DNA of 64,000 nt. Origin: a virus (lineage: Duplodnaviria; Caudoviricetes). The translations under genes and the position numbers were made by a program. Within the stretch, counting starts at the first letter, position 1, and each line of letters starts with the position of its first letter. Where the stretch lies: the IMG/VR virus record IMGVR_UViG_3300049182_000044, positions 1 through 64,000 of that record. One strand, given 5' to 3'. Shown in pieces: positions 18,000 through 27,137 of the stretch. The notes beneath the pieces are model-generated. The model saw only the letters and a program-made list of their open reading frames with translations, was not told the DNA's origin and did not search any database.

Positions 18000-19397
18000 T
18001 TAGATATTCGGGTCTGAAATGCGAACAATATCGTCTTCACCGAGGTATGAACCATTCTGAACTTCGAGCACTACGAGGTCTTCACTACCCTCGTTAGCTA
18101 GGCTATGTACAAACCCAGCTGGAATGTCAGCGTACTGCCCAACATTCAATTCGATGCGCTGCAAGCTATCCTGCTTGAACGTGCTGCCAATCGTAACTAC
18201 CGCCTTACCTTTCAAAACCGTCCAGCGTTCATCACGCGACGTATGGTACTGCAGCGAAATAGCTTTGCCTGGCTTGATCGTGAGGCGTTTGACCTTAACG
18301 AATGGAAGCTCTTCAAGAATCTTGTAGGAGCCCCAAGGACGATCAACAACTTTGAGTTCAGTCAGTACATCAGGTGCCGACTTGTCGTTCTTCAAATTAT
18401 CAACCAAATCACGAACTTGATGCGTTTGACCCCTTGCTGAAATGAGAAGTGCGTCTTCAGTGTCAATAACGATCAGGTCGTGAACACCAATCAGTCCGAC
18501 TACTTTGTTCTTCGGTGCGCACACTGAGTTCATTGTGCAGCTAACTTCAACTACATGCTCCGCAGGAGTTAACTTATCAATCATCTGATCGAACACGCCA
18601 AGGTCGTTCCATTTGAAACGAGCTTCGAGTACCGTCAAGTCATCCAGATGCTCGAATACATCGTACTCGATTGAGGACATCTTAACGGCTGGGCCGTCCA
18701 TCATGTAGGTGCATTCTTCCGAATTGCCTGAAATCAGGTATCGCTCACTCGCACTGATCGGAATGTACTTGTGTACGTCTGCCATGAAGCGCTGTGCTGG
18801 GAAAGCTGTGATGCCGCTATTCCACAAAGCACCGCTTTGAATTAGTGTACGAGCTGTTGCCTCCAACGGCTTTTCGAGGAATGAATCCACGATGTGAACA
18901 CGCCCGTCATAGTCACAATCACGCTTGTATGTGATGTAACCGAACTGCGTCGAAACCGTCCAAGGCTTGATGCCCATGAGAGCGATCTCGTTACGCTGAT
19001 CCGCCAGACTGCAAATCATCTCTGCATCAAGCACCCACTGGTCAATAGGATCAATGTCGTGATCTGAAGCCATCAACAAGATGGTCGCGCTTGGATTGAG
19101 TTGAGATGCAGCAAGCGCAATATGCGTGGTCCCATTGTTGAACGGACCTACCATCCAGTTGACCCGCTTGCACTGACTACCCAGTTCAACTGCTTCACGG
19201 CGAGCCTGTTGGTACAGCTCTTGAGTGATCGCTACTACGATGAACGAACACTCCAACGCTGATGCGCGAATCAATGCCTTTTGAAACAGCGTCTGCCCGT
19301 CGCTCAAACGAATGAACTGCTTGGGATTTTGTACGCGCGAATACGGCCACAGTCTTTCTCCTTTGCCTGCGGCCATGATTACTGGAACGATATGCAT
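18000..19397 (-). CDS. manC: Mannose-1-phosphate guanylyltransferase / mannose-6-phosphate isomerase
   Basis: VIMAAGKGERLWPYSR..PKQF, ASDH, FLEKP, WNSG, SIEY, WNDLG; C-terminal cupin RPWG..ISLQYH..E.W..EVQNG.YLGEDDIVR. Confidence 0.95.
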   Translation of the reverse strand: MHIVPVIMAAGKGERLWPYSRVQNPKQFIRLSDGQTLFQKALIRASALECSFIVVAITQELYQQARREAVELGSQCKRVNWMVGPFNNGTTHIALAASQLNPSATILLMASDHDIDPIDQWVLDAEMICSLADQRNEIALMGIKPWTVSTQFGYITYKRDCDYDGRVHIVDSFLEKPLEATARTLIQSGALWNSGITAFPAQRFMADVHKYIPISASERYLISGNSEECTYMMDGPAVKMSSIEYDVFEHLDDLTVLEARFKWNDLGVFDQMIDKLTPAEHVVEVSCTMNSVCAPKNKVVGLIGVHDLIVIDTEDALLISARGQTHQVRDLVDNLKNDKSAPDVLTELKVVDRPWGSYKILEELPFVKVKRLTIKPGKAISLQYHTSRDERWTVLKGKAVVTIGSTFKQDSLQRIELNVGQYADIPAGFVHSLANEGSEDLVVLEVQNGSYLGEDDIVRISDPNI

Positions 19398-19411
19398 ATT
19401 GCGCTTTCTGT

Positions 19412-20518
19412 TTAGATTAAGTGTGAGTAGAGCGCCTCACCGTTAAAGAACTTATCAAGGTGCGGCTGATAGAGTTCCATCTTGTGACGCATGATTTCCT
19501 TTGTCTTTACAGCATGAACAATCCAGTCACACAGCTTCTGTTTGTTCCGACGATAGGAGTTCTCGTCGCTGGTCCACACGCTTGGGTACAGGAAGTCCTT
19601 GTGGTACATTTCACGATAGGACAACCGATTCGGCATCAACGGGATTGCACCGTGCAGCGTGCCCTCGTACATACTGATACCCAGGTTTTCATGCAACGAA
19701 CAGCTGAACACGAACTCCGAACGCTGCATCAGTTCATGATACGCACGCTTGTCGAGGCCGAGTTCCTGAGTACACACGAAGCGATAGTCGATCTTGGTCT
19801 CGAGTGTATCACGCAAGTCTTTGAACAACCACGGCTGCTTATCAGAATTGAGCCGATGCGGGAACAGGATGACGTTCTCTTTCTTCTTCGGATACTTGCT
19901 ATTGTACAGCTTGAGATCCTTAAGGTACTCCATCGGCCAGCCAACAACATACGAGCGCGTGTTCTTGCTACGCGGTTCCGGCTGAATGCCGAGAATCTTC
20001 TCGAACAGGCTGAGGTGATAAGCTGATGCGAAATAGTTCTTGTCGTAGGCGTAGTACATCGCCCGTTCAGCGCCATAGCTCCAACGCTTGTCCTTGATCG
20101 TGAAACCAAGGATATCTGTTTCGTCATACGAGCCTGCGTGCCACAAGCCATGCAGTTCTACGTTCAGCTCCATCAGGTCGATCATGTAGCGAATCTGGAG
20201 AACTACTGGATTCCAAGCATCAGTGATAACGATCTTGTCACCGTTCTTGATCGCACCGTCCTGAAACATCTTCGCGAGCTTTGCAAGCTGGGTCGACTTG
20301 TAGATATTGGTCGCCGCCCAATCGAGGAACTGACCAGGCGGTACCTTGTTTGTCACCTTTGCACCAGTAACTTGCTTGACTTGACCGAGATTACGGATGC
20401 ATGTCTTGCGATCAACGTTTTGCGCATGTTCGAGCAGTTGGCGCGGAACGAAACGGAACCACTCTGCACTGTACCGGGATTCGACCGGCTCAATCGGGAG
20501 GATGAATACGTTATGCAC
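19412..20518 (-). CDS. GT-B fold glycosyltransferase (GT4-like)
   Basis: ILFPHRLNSDKQP and SLHENLGISMYEG (Ex7E), PNRLSYREMY. Start moved to GTG 20518 with an AAGGAG RBS. Confidence 0.8.
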   Translation of the reverse strand: MHNVFILPIEPVESRYSAEWFRFVPRQLLEHAQNVDRKTCIRNLGQVKQVTGAKVTNKVPPGQFLDWAATNIYKSTQLAKLAKMFQDGAIKNGDKIVITDAWNPVVLQIRYMIDLMELNVELHGLWHAGSYDETDILGFTIKDKRWSYGAERAMYYAYDKNYFASAYHLSLFEKILGIQPEPRSKNTRSYVVGWPMEYLKDLKLYNSKYPKKKENVILFPHRLNSDKQPWLFKDLRDTLETKIDYRFVCTQELGLDKRAYHELMQRSEFVFSCSLHENLGISMYEGTLHGAIPLMPNRLSYREMYHKDFLYPSVWTSDENSYRRNKQKLCDWIVHAVKTKEIMRHKMELYQPHLDKFFNGEALYSHLI

Positions 20519-21014
20519 TTGCTTCTCCTTTGCCTTGCAGGAATACCGTATCGAAGCCTTTGACGCCTTCAAACTTCAACGTCGCACCGCACTCGCCGTC
20601 CTCATTGACTTCAATTTCAATGTCACGCATGTACCCATACTTGTCGAAGATCTTCTGCATGAGCTGTGCGGCAATCATTTCGCAGCTCTTGAAATCCAGA
20701 GGCAACTGCTTGTCTTCGTACAAGCCCATCAACCAGTTCTGGAACATATGGAACTCGATCTCACGATCATCGTGGAATACCTCAATCGTCACCCGGAACT
20801 TGAAGAGGTGACGATGTGGCGAAGCGAGATACTGCACTTCATCGGGAGCACCTGGATAACGATGAAGGCCATGCTTCTGGAACGTGACGAAGATCGTTGT
20901 CTTGATCTTCTGGATGTTGTTTGAGATCACGCGCTCAGCCATTGCTTTGGCCATTGCCTGGCGCTGCTCCAGCTCAGCTGGCGACGCCTGAGGAATATGT
21001 ACACCGTTCGTCAT
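20511..21014 (-). CDS. dpdL: QueD-like T-fold protein, probable DpdL-type (CDG decarboxylase)
   Basis: YLASPHRHLF = LxxxHRHxF; H..HRH metal site, SCE and EDG motifs; lacks the canonical QueD C-x3-HGH. Start 21014 with an AAGGAG RBS. Confidence 0.6.
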   Translation of the reverse strand: MTNGVHIPQASPAELEQRQAMAKAMAERVISNNIQKIKTTIFVTFQKHGLHRYPGAPDEVQYLASPHRHLFKFRVTIEVFHDDREIEFHMFQNWLMGLYEDKQLPLDFKSCEMIAAQLMQKIFDKYGYMRDIEIEVNEDGECGATLKFEGVKGFDTVFLQGKGEASA

Positions 21015-21015
21015 G

Positions 21016-21963
21016 TTACTCTCCTTGCTGTTGGCCGACGCTGGGAATCTCAGGAGCATCGACAGGTTTCTCTGCGCGAGGAATCGACTTCTCGCCCAGC
21101 TGGGAAGGTTGGCGGCCTTTAACAGTGCCGTCCAACATCAGGTCGTCGCGGAACACGTCTGTGTGCCAGATCTTGCCGTCAACGTGAGCCATCGTGCGAT
21201 CAGTATGGTACGAATTAGAACCGAAGATCCACTCCACACCGCCGATTGCATTGCACCAGAACTCGTCGTAGCCACGTTTGCCTTTCGGCCATTCGTTCAA
21301 CACCTGAAACATATCAGAATTGACTCGCAGCATGTCCGCCATGTACGCGCCGGTCGACTGCTTCGGCATCTTGAACGTAATCAACTGATCCGGAATCTCC
21401 TTCATCAGGTGATTTGGCAGGCAGCGAATGCCATTGACCTTCACGAACTCGAACATGTCTTCGAGTCCGAGCTTCGTGTCGTCCCAGTCTTCGTAGTCGC
21501 GATAATTGATAATGTCGAACTGACCGTACACGTACAGATGCGTATCAGGCTTGTCAGCCTTCGATGCCAGCTCGAACAGCTTGAGCGTCTTGTACGGGAT
21601 CATGTAATCGTCATCAACGTTCAAGTACCAGCAACGATCATTCTCAGACATGGTCCGGAAGGCACCGAAACGATTCTGCCATTCGTCGAACGTTTGCGCG
21701 ATCATCTTCGCTTTGCTGAACTCTGCTGGGTAGTTGATCCAGAGGAGCGCGTTCGTGGTCTGCTTTGCAAGGGCGAACAACAAGGCTTTACGAGTACGTT
21801 CAGCTTCATCCATGAACGACTCTTCCTTGTTGTACGCGATTGTGACTACAGCATTCTCCACATTCATCAAGATGTTAAATGTGGCAGCGTAAAGATCATG
21901 CACACGTTCGTTACCGACGCTGCACAACATTACGTGAATACGGCTGAAATCAGGATTGGTCAT
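21016..21963 (-). CDS. GT-A fold glycosyltransferase-like protein
   Basis: N-terminal VMLCS strand, YLNVDDDY (DxD), GYDE; embedded in the manC-dpdA operon. Confidence 0.55.
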   Translation of the reverse strand: MTNPDFSRIHVMLCSVGNERVHDLYAATFNILMNVENAVVTIAYNKEESFMDEAERTRKALLFALAKQTTNALLWINYPAEFSKAKMIAQTFDEWQNRFGAFRTMSENDRCWYLNVDDDYMIPYKTLKLFELASKADKPDTHLYVYGQFDIINYRDYEDWDDTKLGLEDMFEFVKVNGIRCLPNHLMKEIPDQLITFKMPKQSTGAYMADMLRVNSDMFQVLNEWPKGKRGYDEFWCNAIGGVEWIFGSNSYHTDRTMAHVDGKIWHTDVFRDDLMLDGTVKGRQPSQLGEKSIPRAEKPVDAPEIPSVGQQQGE

Positions 21964-21979
21964 TTGGATCTTTCAGTGA

Positions 21980-22225
21980 TTAACGACGGTTACGTTTCTT
22001 GCTGGCCTTAGCCATCTTCTTGCGCTGCTTGTCCTTGCCCGGGTCGCGCCACTTCTTGTTGTTGCCCACGCGCACCCACATTTCGTCGGGGCCGAGAACA
22101 TCATCGGGACCAACTGCTTGTGCTTCCGGTTCGGCTTCATTACGATCAGGCCCTTCAGTGCTTGTGCCGCCATGAGCTTCTTTGAAGTCCATTTCGTTCA
22201 TGTCGTTCAGTGTGCGATGTTCCAT
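21980..22225 (-). CDS. Hypothetical protein with basic C-terminus
   Basis: 81-aa ORF between dpdA and the GT-A gene. Confidence 0.55.
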   Translation of the reverse strand: MEHRTLNDMNEMDFKEAHGGTSTEGPDRNEAEPEAQAVGPDDVLGPDEMWVRVGNNKKWRDPGKDKQRKKMAKASKKRNRR

Positions 22226-22227
22226 GA

Positions 22228-23886
22228 TTACTTCTTTCCTTTCTTCAGTTTGACCTTCTTTTTACCTTTGACCTTCACAGCCTTCGTCGAATCAATCGAG
22301 ACCTCTTCGTCTTTGATGACCTTCTTGGCTTTCTTTCCGGCCTTCTTATCCTTTACAGCAGCCTTCTTGTCTTGAGCTTCGACCTTCTTCGGCTTCTTTG
22401 GTTTGCCGTCGCCGCCGTTGTTCAGGTCTTGCACGACGCTCTCCATCGCTGATATACGAGCCAGCACACGCTTCTTCTTTTCGTCGAATGTCTGCAATTC
22501 ATTGCCTGCGTTGTCATCACCCGTAGTGGTCTCACCCGTAACAGGGAACAGCGAGTTGGTCAGCGTGATCGGCTTCTCAGAAGTGATCTCCAGGATATTG
22601 CGGTAACGCTTACGCGCCACTTCAATGCCCTTCTCAGTCGCAACGTCGATGAAGTCCATCGCTTGTTTGACAGACTGCAGCTTCGGATGGCTCTTCAACT
22701 GTGTGTACACCAGCTCGTTGTATTCCTTGCTGGTCAACGAATCGGCTGCCTCTTGCAACTGCTTCGAGTAACGCGTCATTTCGATTGCGTTGTGGATCGA
22801 CAGTAGTTCCAGCGTGAAACGATTAGCACCAAAAGCCAGAATGTCAGTGTACTTCAATGCCTTGCAAACCTCGCACTGACATGGCAGCAGCTTCTGAGTA
22901 TTCGGGATTGATCCACGTGAGCCGATCGGGATACGCTTCGATGTGTGATACAGGTCGAACTGGAAGTGGTATGCCTTGTTCGACGCCGACTGAATGTGCG
23001 ACGTAGAGTCAGACGTGATGTGTGGCTTCCAAGTGGAATTGGCGAGCTTCACCAGAACCGGAATGTGCAGCGAACCGAAAACACCCAGCATGTGATATTG
23101 CTTGTATTTCTGTCCGGTGTTCACCAAGTCCCAGATGATGTCCACACCGCCTAACAAACCTTGGCGGTACAAACCACCGACCGCGCAACGAGGCAGACGC
23201 TTGTCTTCAACGATCTTACGATACGCACGACGTTGATTGATATTGTGACCGTGAAAGATGTTCAGCAGCTCCACACCCTTCGCACGCTCGAGCATGATCT
23301 CGGTCGAAGCCTTCTGAAGCTTCGCCGCACGATCAATGATCTCGTCATTAGCGACCGAAAGCGGAAGATCGAGTACCATGCCGGCGTCTGCATTCTGATT
23401 GTAGAACTCAACCAGATCTGCAGGGCTAATGGCTCCGATCATGTCACGCGCCATCTGAAGTCCACCGGAGTCGGACAAAACATTGATACGTTGATCATCG
23501 GGAATGCGGGAAGGAGTACGGGGATTGACCGTGCCCTTCGAGTGCGCGAAGTTCGTCATGATGTATTCGATACCTAGACGCTTGCACACTGAATCGTTGA
23601 ACAGGTTGAAGTCGTAGAACTCGTCAAAGGATTCGCCGTATGGATAGAATGCATCCATCATATCGTTATTGCGAACGATCACGATCTCACGATCAGGACA
23701 AACGAACCAGATATGCGTACTCGTTTGTTCCTTGATCGTGATCTTGTGCGGGTCACCACCTTTGTACTTGATGTAGACTGCGAGACCGCCGAAGCTGCGA
23801 AACAGCGCTGCAGCTGCGACGAATGAGTACCCATGATCCGGGCACGGAGGAGAAGTGTATTTTGTTTTGGTAGATTTGTCGGACAT
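22228..23886 (-). CDS. dpdA: tRNA-guanine-transglycosylase-fold base-exchange enzyme, probable DNA-acting DpdA, with Lys-rich tail
   Basis: SDSGGLQ, MVLD, VGGL, HMLG, SDSTS and Zn site CQCEVC..HN. DNA versus tRNA substrate is inferred from context. Confidence 0.75.
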   Translation of the reverse strand: MSDKSTKTKYTSPPCPDHGYSFVAAAALFRSFGGLAVYIKYKGGDPHKITIKEQTSTHIWFVCPDREIVIVRNNDMMDAFYPYGESFDEFYDFNLFNDSVCKRLGIEYIMTNFAHSKGTVNPRTPSRIPDDQRINVLSDSGGLQMARDMIGAISPADLVEFYNQNADAGMVLDLPLSVANDEIIDRAAKLQKASTEIMLERAKGVELLNIFHGHNINQRRAYRKIVEDKRLPRCAVGGLYRQGLLGGVDIIWDLVNTGQKYKQYHMLGVFGSLHIPVLVKLANSTWKPHITSDSTSHIQSASNKAYHFQFDLYHTSKRIPIGSRGSIPNTQKLLPCQCEVCKALKYTDILAFGANRFTLELLSIHNAIEMTRYSKQLQEAADSLTSKEYNELVYTQLKSHPKLQSVKQAMDFIDVATEKGIEVARKRYRNILEITSEKPITLTNSLFPVTGETTTGDDNAGNELQTFDEKKKRVLARISAMESVVQDLNNGGDGKPKKPKKVEAQDKKAAVKDKKAGKKAKKVIKDEEVSIDSTKAVKVKGKKKVKLKKGKK

Positions 23887-23937
23887 GAATTAACCCCTTT
23901 ACTTCACGGATGGATATGCGGTGTAATTATGTCCAAC

Positions 23938-23945
23938 ATTTACAG
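23938..23945 (-). promoter_or_regulatory. Candidate phage promoter CTGTAAAT
   Basis: 52 nt upstream of dpdA, at the head of the modification operon. Confidence 0.6.
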
Positions 23946-23947
23946 TT

Positions 23948-24889
23948 TTACTGTTTGGGTAGTCTCATGCCAGGCGGCCTATCAAACCAAGTCAACTTGA
24001 GAAACTCCTTTAATTGCCGTGGATTGAAGCATAGATGGCCCTTTGAAAGAGGGCATGGTGTGTACGAGTCGTAGTGCTCCTTGTAGAACTCGTAGGAATC
24101 ACAGGGCTTCTGCGCCACAATGTCCATGAGCCCTTTGAACGTCGTAACCGCCAGCACTTCATCCCATTGACGATCCCACTTCTTGATCTTCTTGAGATAC
24201 CGAGCCTTCTCCTTCTTTGAGATAGGCTTACCTGTTGCGTACACTACGTCCATAGGACTGTCACGCGAAACATACATCAAGATCCATCCACTGATCTTAA
24301 TGTCGAACATCAACTCGATCAATGCGCAGTACGCCCTGATCTGTGCCACGTTGTGATGGTACGGGAGCATCCCGTGAGACTTCTGAGATTGAATGATTCG
24401 TGCGGAGCTCGTCTTATAGTCGATGACGTAGTACTCTCCGTTCTTGGAGCGCCATATGCCATCCAAATGGCCAGACACATTCTTGAATGCCTTGACGGTA
24501 AGTTCTTCATAGTTCATTCGCCCTTTGCAGATCGGGCACTTGTTCTTTCTCGATATGGCGCGGAAGCCCTTGCAGCCCGGCGTCCGGCATTTCCACTGAC
24601 CGTAAATCTGACCGGCCCGACCCATCCAATCCTGCATAAGCTCGTGAGCTACCGTCCCGACCTCCACGTAATAGCGACCGCTCATGTCAATGTCTTTCTT
24701 AACGTGGGCGGTCATCTGCTTGTAAGCATGCTTCAGCGGGCAGTATGGGAATCCAGATACACGTAACCGTTCTTCGTGAGTCCGCTCGTCTTCTACTTGA
24801 GTGGCTACGGCATCTAGATAGTATTGTTTGAATTCTTTTAGCACTCCCGCCATGTTCACGGTGGCGAATGCAGGTAAATGTCGTGCCAT
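23948..24889 (-). CDS. Cas4/RecB-like PD-(D/E)xK exonuclease
   Basis: YCPLK, GTVAH, GHLDG, IDYKT, QIRAY and a C-terminal Cys cluster; extra CxxxxC..CPIC insert. Confidence 0.8.
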   Translation of the reverse strand: MARHLPAFATVNMAGVLKEFKQYYLDAVATQVEDERTHEERLRVSGFPYCPLKHAYKQMTAHVKKDIDMSGRYYVEVGTVAHELMQDWMGRAGQIYGQWKCRTPGCKGFRAISRKNKCPICKGRMNYEELTVKAFKNVSGHLDGIWRSKNGEYYVIDYKTSSARIIQSQKSHGMLPYHHNVAQIRAYCALIELMFDIKISGWILMYVSRDSPMDVVYATGKPISKKEKARYLKKIKKWDRQWDEVLAVTTFKGLMDIVAQKPCDSYEFYKEHYDSYTPCPLSKGHLCFNPRQLKEFLKLTWFDRPPGMRLPKQ

Positions 24890-24906
24890 TTTTTTAGGCC
24901 TCAGAA

Positions 24907-24914
24907 CTGTAAAT
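24907..24914 (+). promoter_or_regulatory. Candidate phage promoter CTGTAAAT
   Basis: 45 nt upstream of ORF 24959; a divergent TGTAAAA at 24936-24942 points into the Cas4-like gene. Confidence 0.6.
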
Positions 24915-24958
24915 AACGCATATACATTAACATCTTTTTACACATTCTGGAGGGTCAA

Positions 24959-25360
24959 ATGGCTCAAGGAATTGATGGATTTACCGCAGGAGTTTTGATC
25001 GGTGCGGTGAAGACGAAACCGGACCTCGATCAGGTTTGCGAGTTGGTGAAGAGCCTATCAAACAGCTCGGATCGGCCGAGCGACGAGGACATTCAGAAGA
25101 TCTTCGCAGAGGCTCAACGCCGTTTCAAGCCGAGGGACTTGGTAAAGATCGATCATACAGATTACGTCGGAACCATTGCCGGGTACAACACATCCACAGG
25201 CGGCTTTTACCCAGGCTGGAGATTTCCAGTTTATGTAAAGATTGATGGAAGCTGTTTTGAGGACAAGGAATCACGAACATTCGAGTACGTGCTCGATCAG
25301 GTGTTACCGCTTAGCGTAGGACCTGTTTATCAACCTTTCTCATTAGGAGAACAAGCATGA
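24959..25360 (+). CDS. Hypothetical protein
   Basis: GGAGG RBS; first gene of a divergent unit. Confidence 0.7.
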   Translation: MAQGIDGFTAGVLIGAVKTKPDLDQVCELVKSLSNSSDRPSDEDIQKIFAEAQRRFKPRDLVKIDHTDYVGTIAGYNTSTGGFYPGWRFPVYVKIDGSCFEDKESRTFEYVLDQVLPLSVGPVYQPFSLGEQA

Positions 25361-25692
25361 CAGTCGGATATGTTGAACCCACCCGGGACTTGATGGTCTT
25401 GAGTTTCCACATTAAGGGCTACAAGACAGAGCGCGACGGCATCCAGGTACGTGTTATGGGTGCAGATGATGTCTACATCCATCATGCTGGAGCCACATCT
25501 TCCATATCTCTCACGATCAACAACATCTTGGTGGGTAACAAATTGACAGCTGCGGATGTCATTTCGATCAGCGGTGATGTAACGGGTATGCGAGATGCTG
25601 GAAGCTGGGACTTCTGGATGTTTTGTCGCAATCCATATTACGTTAATCCTGCGGCTGCAATGGCCGCTCTTGATACAAACTACAGCAGGTAA
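25357..25692 (+). CDS. Hypothetical protein
   Basis: AGGAG RBS, ATGA coupling. Confidence 0.65.
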   Translation: MTVGYVEPTRDLMVLSFHIKGYKTERDGIQVRVMGADDVYIHHAGATSSISLTINNILVGNKLTAADVISISGDVTGMRDAGSWDFWMFCRNPYYVNPAAAMAALDTNYSR

Positions 25693-25694
25693 TC

Positions 25695-26732
25695 ATGGCG
25701 AAGAAAGAGGAAGAAGTCGATCACCGCGATAACTTCCAGATCATTTCGGACGAGATCACGCGATTCGGTGGCCGTCAGAAAGCCACAGCTGATTCTCGCT
25801 TCATTTGCTGTCCGCTGCCTGAGCATGGCGGCGTAGACAAGACACCGTCACTTGGTGTCTACATGCAAATCGAAGGGAAGATACCACTAGGGTTCTTTCA
25901 CTGCTTTGGGTGCGGTACAAAGGGGCCCTGGAACAAGCTGGCAGAAGCCGCGGGCTTGCAGCCGATTAAAGACTGGAAGAAGAATTCGACGGTAGCCGCA
26001 GAGACGATTCTCACGAAAGATGTAGAGGAAGGCTTGCTTGGTGAAGAAGGGCTGACCTTCAAGAGCATCTTGAAGAAGATGCGTTGCGAAGAGGCTCAAC
26101 GCTGGCCAATCACAATGGACTGGCGTGGCTTCAGCGGCCAATTGGTTTATGCCGTTGGTGGTCACATCATCAACGATGAATACGCTGAATCAATAGGCGT
26201 TCTGTTCCCGATTAAGATCAATGGGAAGGTACGCGGCGGTGTGAAAGCAATCTACGAACGTAAAAGCGACAAGCAGCGAGCGTATGACAACATGAAGGGC
26301 ACTTGGGTCAAGAAGTACGGACTGTTCCCTTATATGTACGCCGCGAAGATGATTCGCAAGCTCAAGCTCAAGTTTGTATTCATCGTTGAAGGTCCCCGTG
26401 ATGCGTTACGCCTTTGCTCGTTAGGCATTCCCGCATTAGCGATATTGGGCGCGACCTCAATGTCGGAAGTGAAAGCGTTGTTGGTAGCAAACTTGGGTGT
26501 CACGCACGCCTACATCATGTCCGATAACGACAAGGGCGGTGATGTTATGGCAAAGACTGCCAAGAAGTTTTTGAAGAAGGCTGACGCACTGAAAGTGCAA
26601 AGGCTGAAGCTGCCGCGCAAGAAAGACGCGAACGGCAAACTGATAAAAATGGACCCGGGAAACATGCCGAAGAAGATCGTTAAACGGGTAATGGAATTCC
26701 TTAAGGAGGAACATGATTTTGAGCCAGACTAA
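25695..26732 (+). CDS. dnaG: DNA primase (Zn-binding domain plus TOPRIM)
   Basis: CCPLPEH..DKTPS..HCFGC; IVEGPRDA; DND.GG. Confidence 0.88.
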   Translation: MAKKEEEVDHRDNFQIISDEITRFGGRQKATADSRFICCPLPEHGGVDKTPSLGVYMQIEGKIPLGFFHCFGCGTKGPWNKLAEAAGLQPIKDWKKNSTVAAETILTKDVEEGLLGEEGLTFKSILKKMRCEEAQRWPITMDWRGFSGQLVYAVGGHIINDEYAESIGVLFPIKINGKVRGGVKAIYERKSDKQRAYDNMKGTWVKKYGLFPYMYAAKMIRKLKLKFVFIVEGPRDALRLCSLGIPALAILGATSMSEVKALLVANLGVTHAYIMSDNDKGGDVMAKTAKKFLKKADALKVQRLKLPRKKDANGKLIKMDPGNMPKKIVKRVMEFLKEEHDFEPD

Positions 26733-26925
26733 CCCCAACTTCCAGCAAGTGGAACGCAATTCCCCGATCATGGGAGCCTTCGCTGAAATGATGCAACGCT
26801 TTCGTCTCGCAGTGCTTGAGCAGTCGGTGAGTATGCCTCTCGGTACTGTCGGTACGTCCGACCAAGGCAATGGCGTCCTGTACCACAAGCGCTCCTTCGA
26901 CTACGAACTGGAAGGTGGTGTGTAA
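26713..26925 (+). CDS. Hypothetical protein
   Basis: AAGGAGG RBS. Confidence 0.6.
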   Translation: MILSQTNPNFQQVERNSPIMGAFAEMMQRFRLAVLEQSVSMPLGTVGTSDQGNGVLYHKRSFDYELEGGV

Positions 26926-27137
26926 TGCAAACATTCGGCATTGCAGCGGAACCGTATCAGATGATGTGCGGTGATTACAAGGAAGAACTCGTGGCGTTGC
27001 ATGGCCCGAACGGCCACATTGCTTCTGGCTTGCGCGTCGATCAAGCAAAGCCAATCATGGAAGAACTGAATCGTTTGCATAAGCAAACAGAAGGGAATTG
27101 CGATGTGGTTTCCCCGTCCGCAGAAGAGCACTTCTAA
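26925..27137 (+). CDS. Hypothetical protein
   Basis: TAATG coupling. Confidence 0.6.
   Translation: MQTFGIAAEPYQMMCGDYKEELVALHGPNGHIASGLRVDQAKPIMEELNRLHKQTEGNCDVVSPSAEEHF

Noticed and set aside
22228-23886. Calling the TGT-fold gene a canonical tRNA tgt for queuosine
   Set aside because: Phage context, QueD-like and GT neighbours and a basic tail favour a DNA-acting DpdA. tRNA activity is not formally excluded.
23948-24889. Possible CRISPR-Cas locus because of the Cas4-like gene
   Set aside because: No cas1 or cas2 and no repeat-spacer array anywhere in the window.
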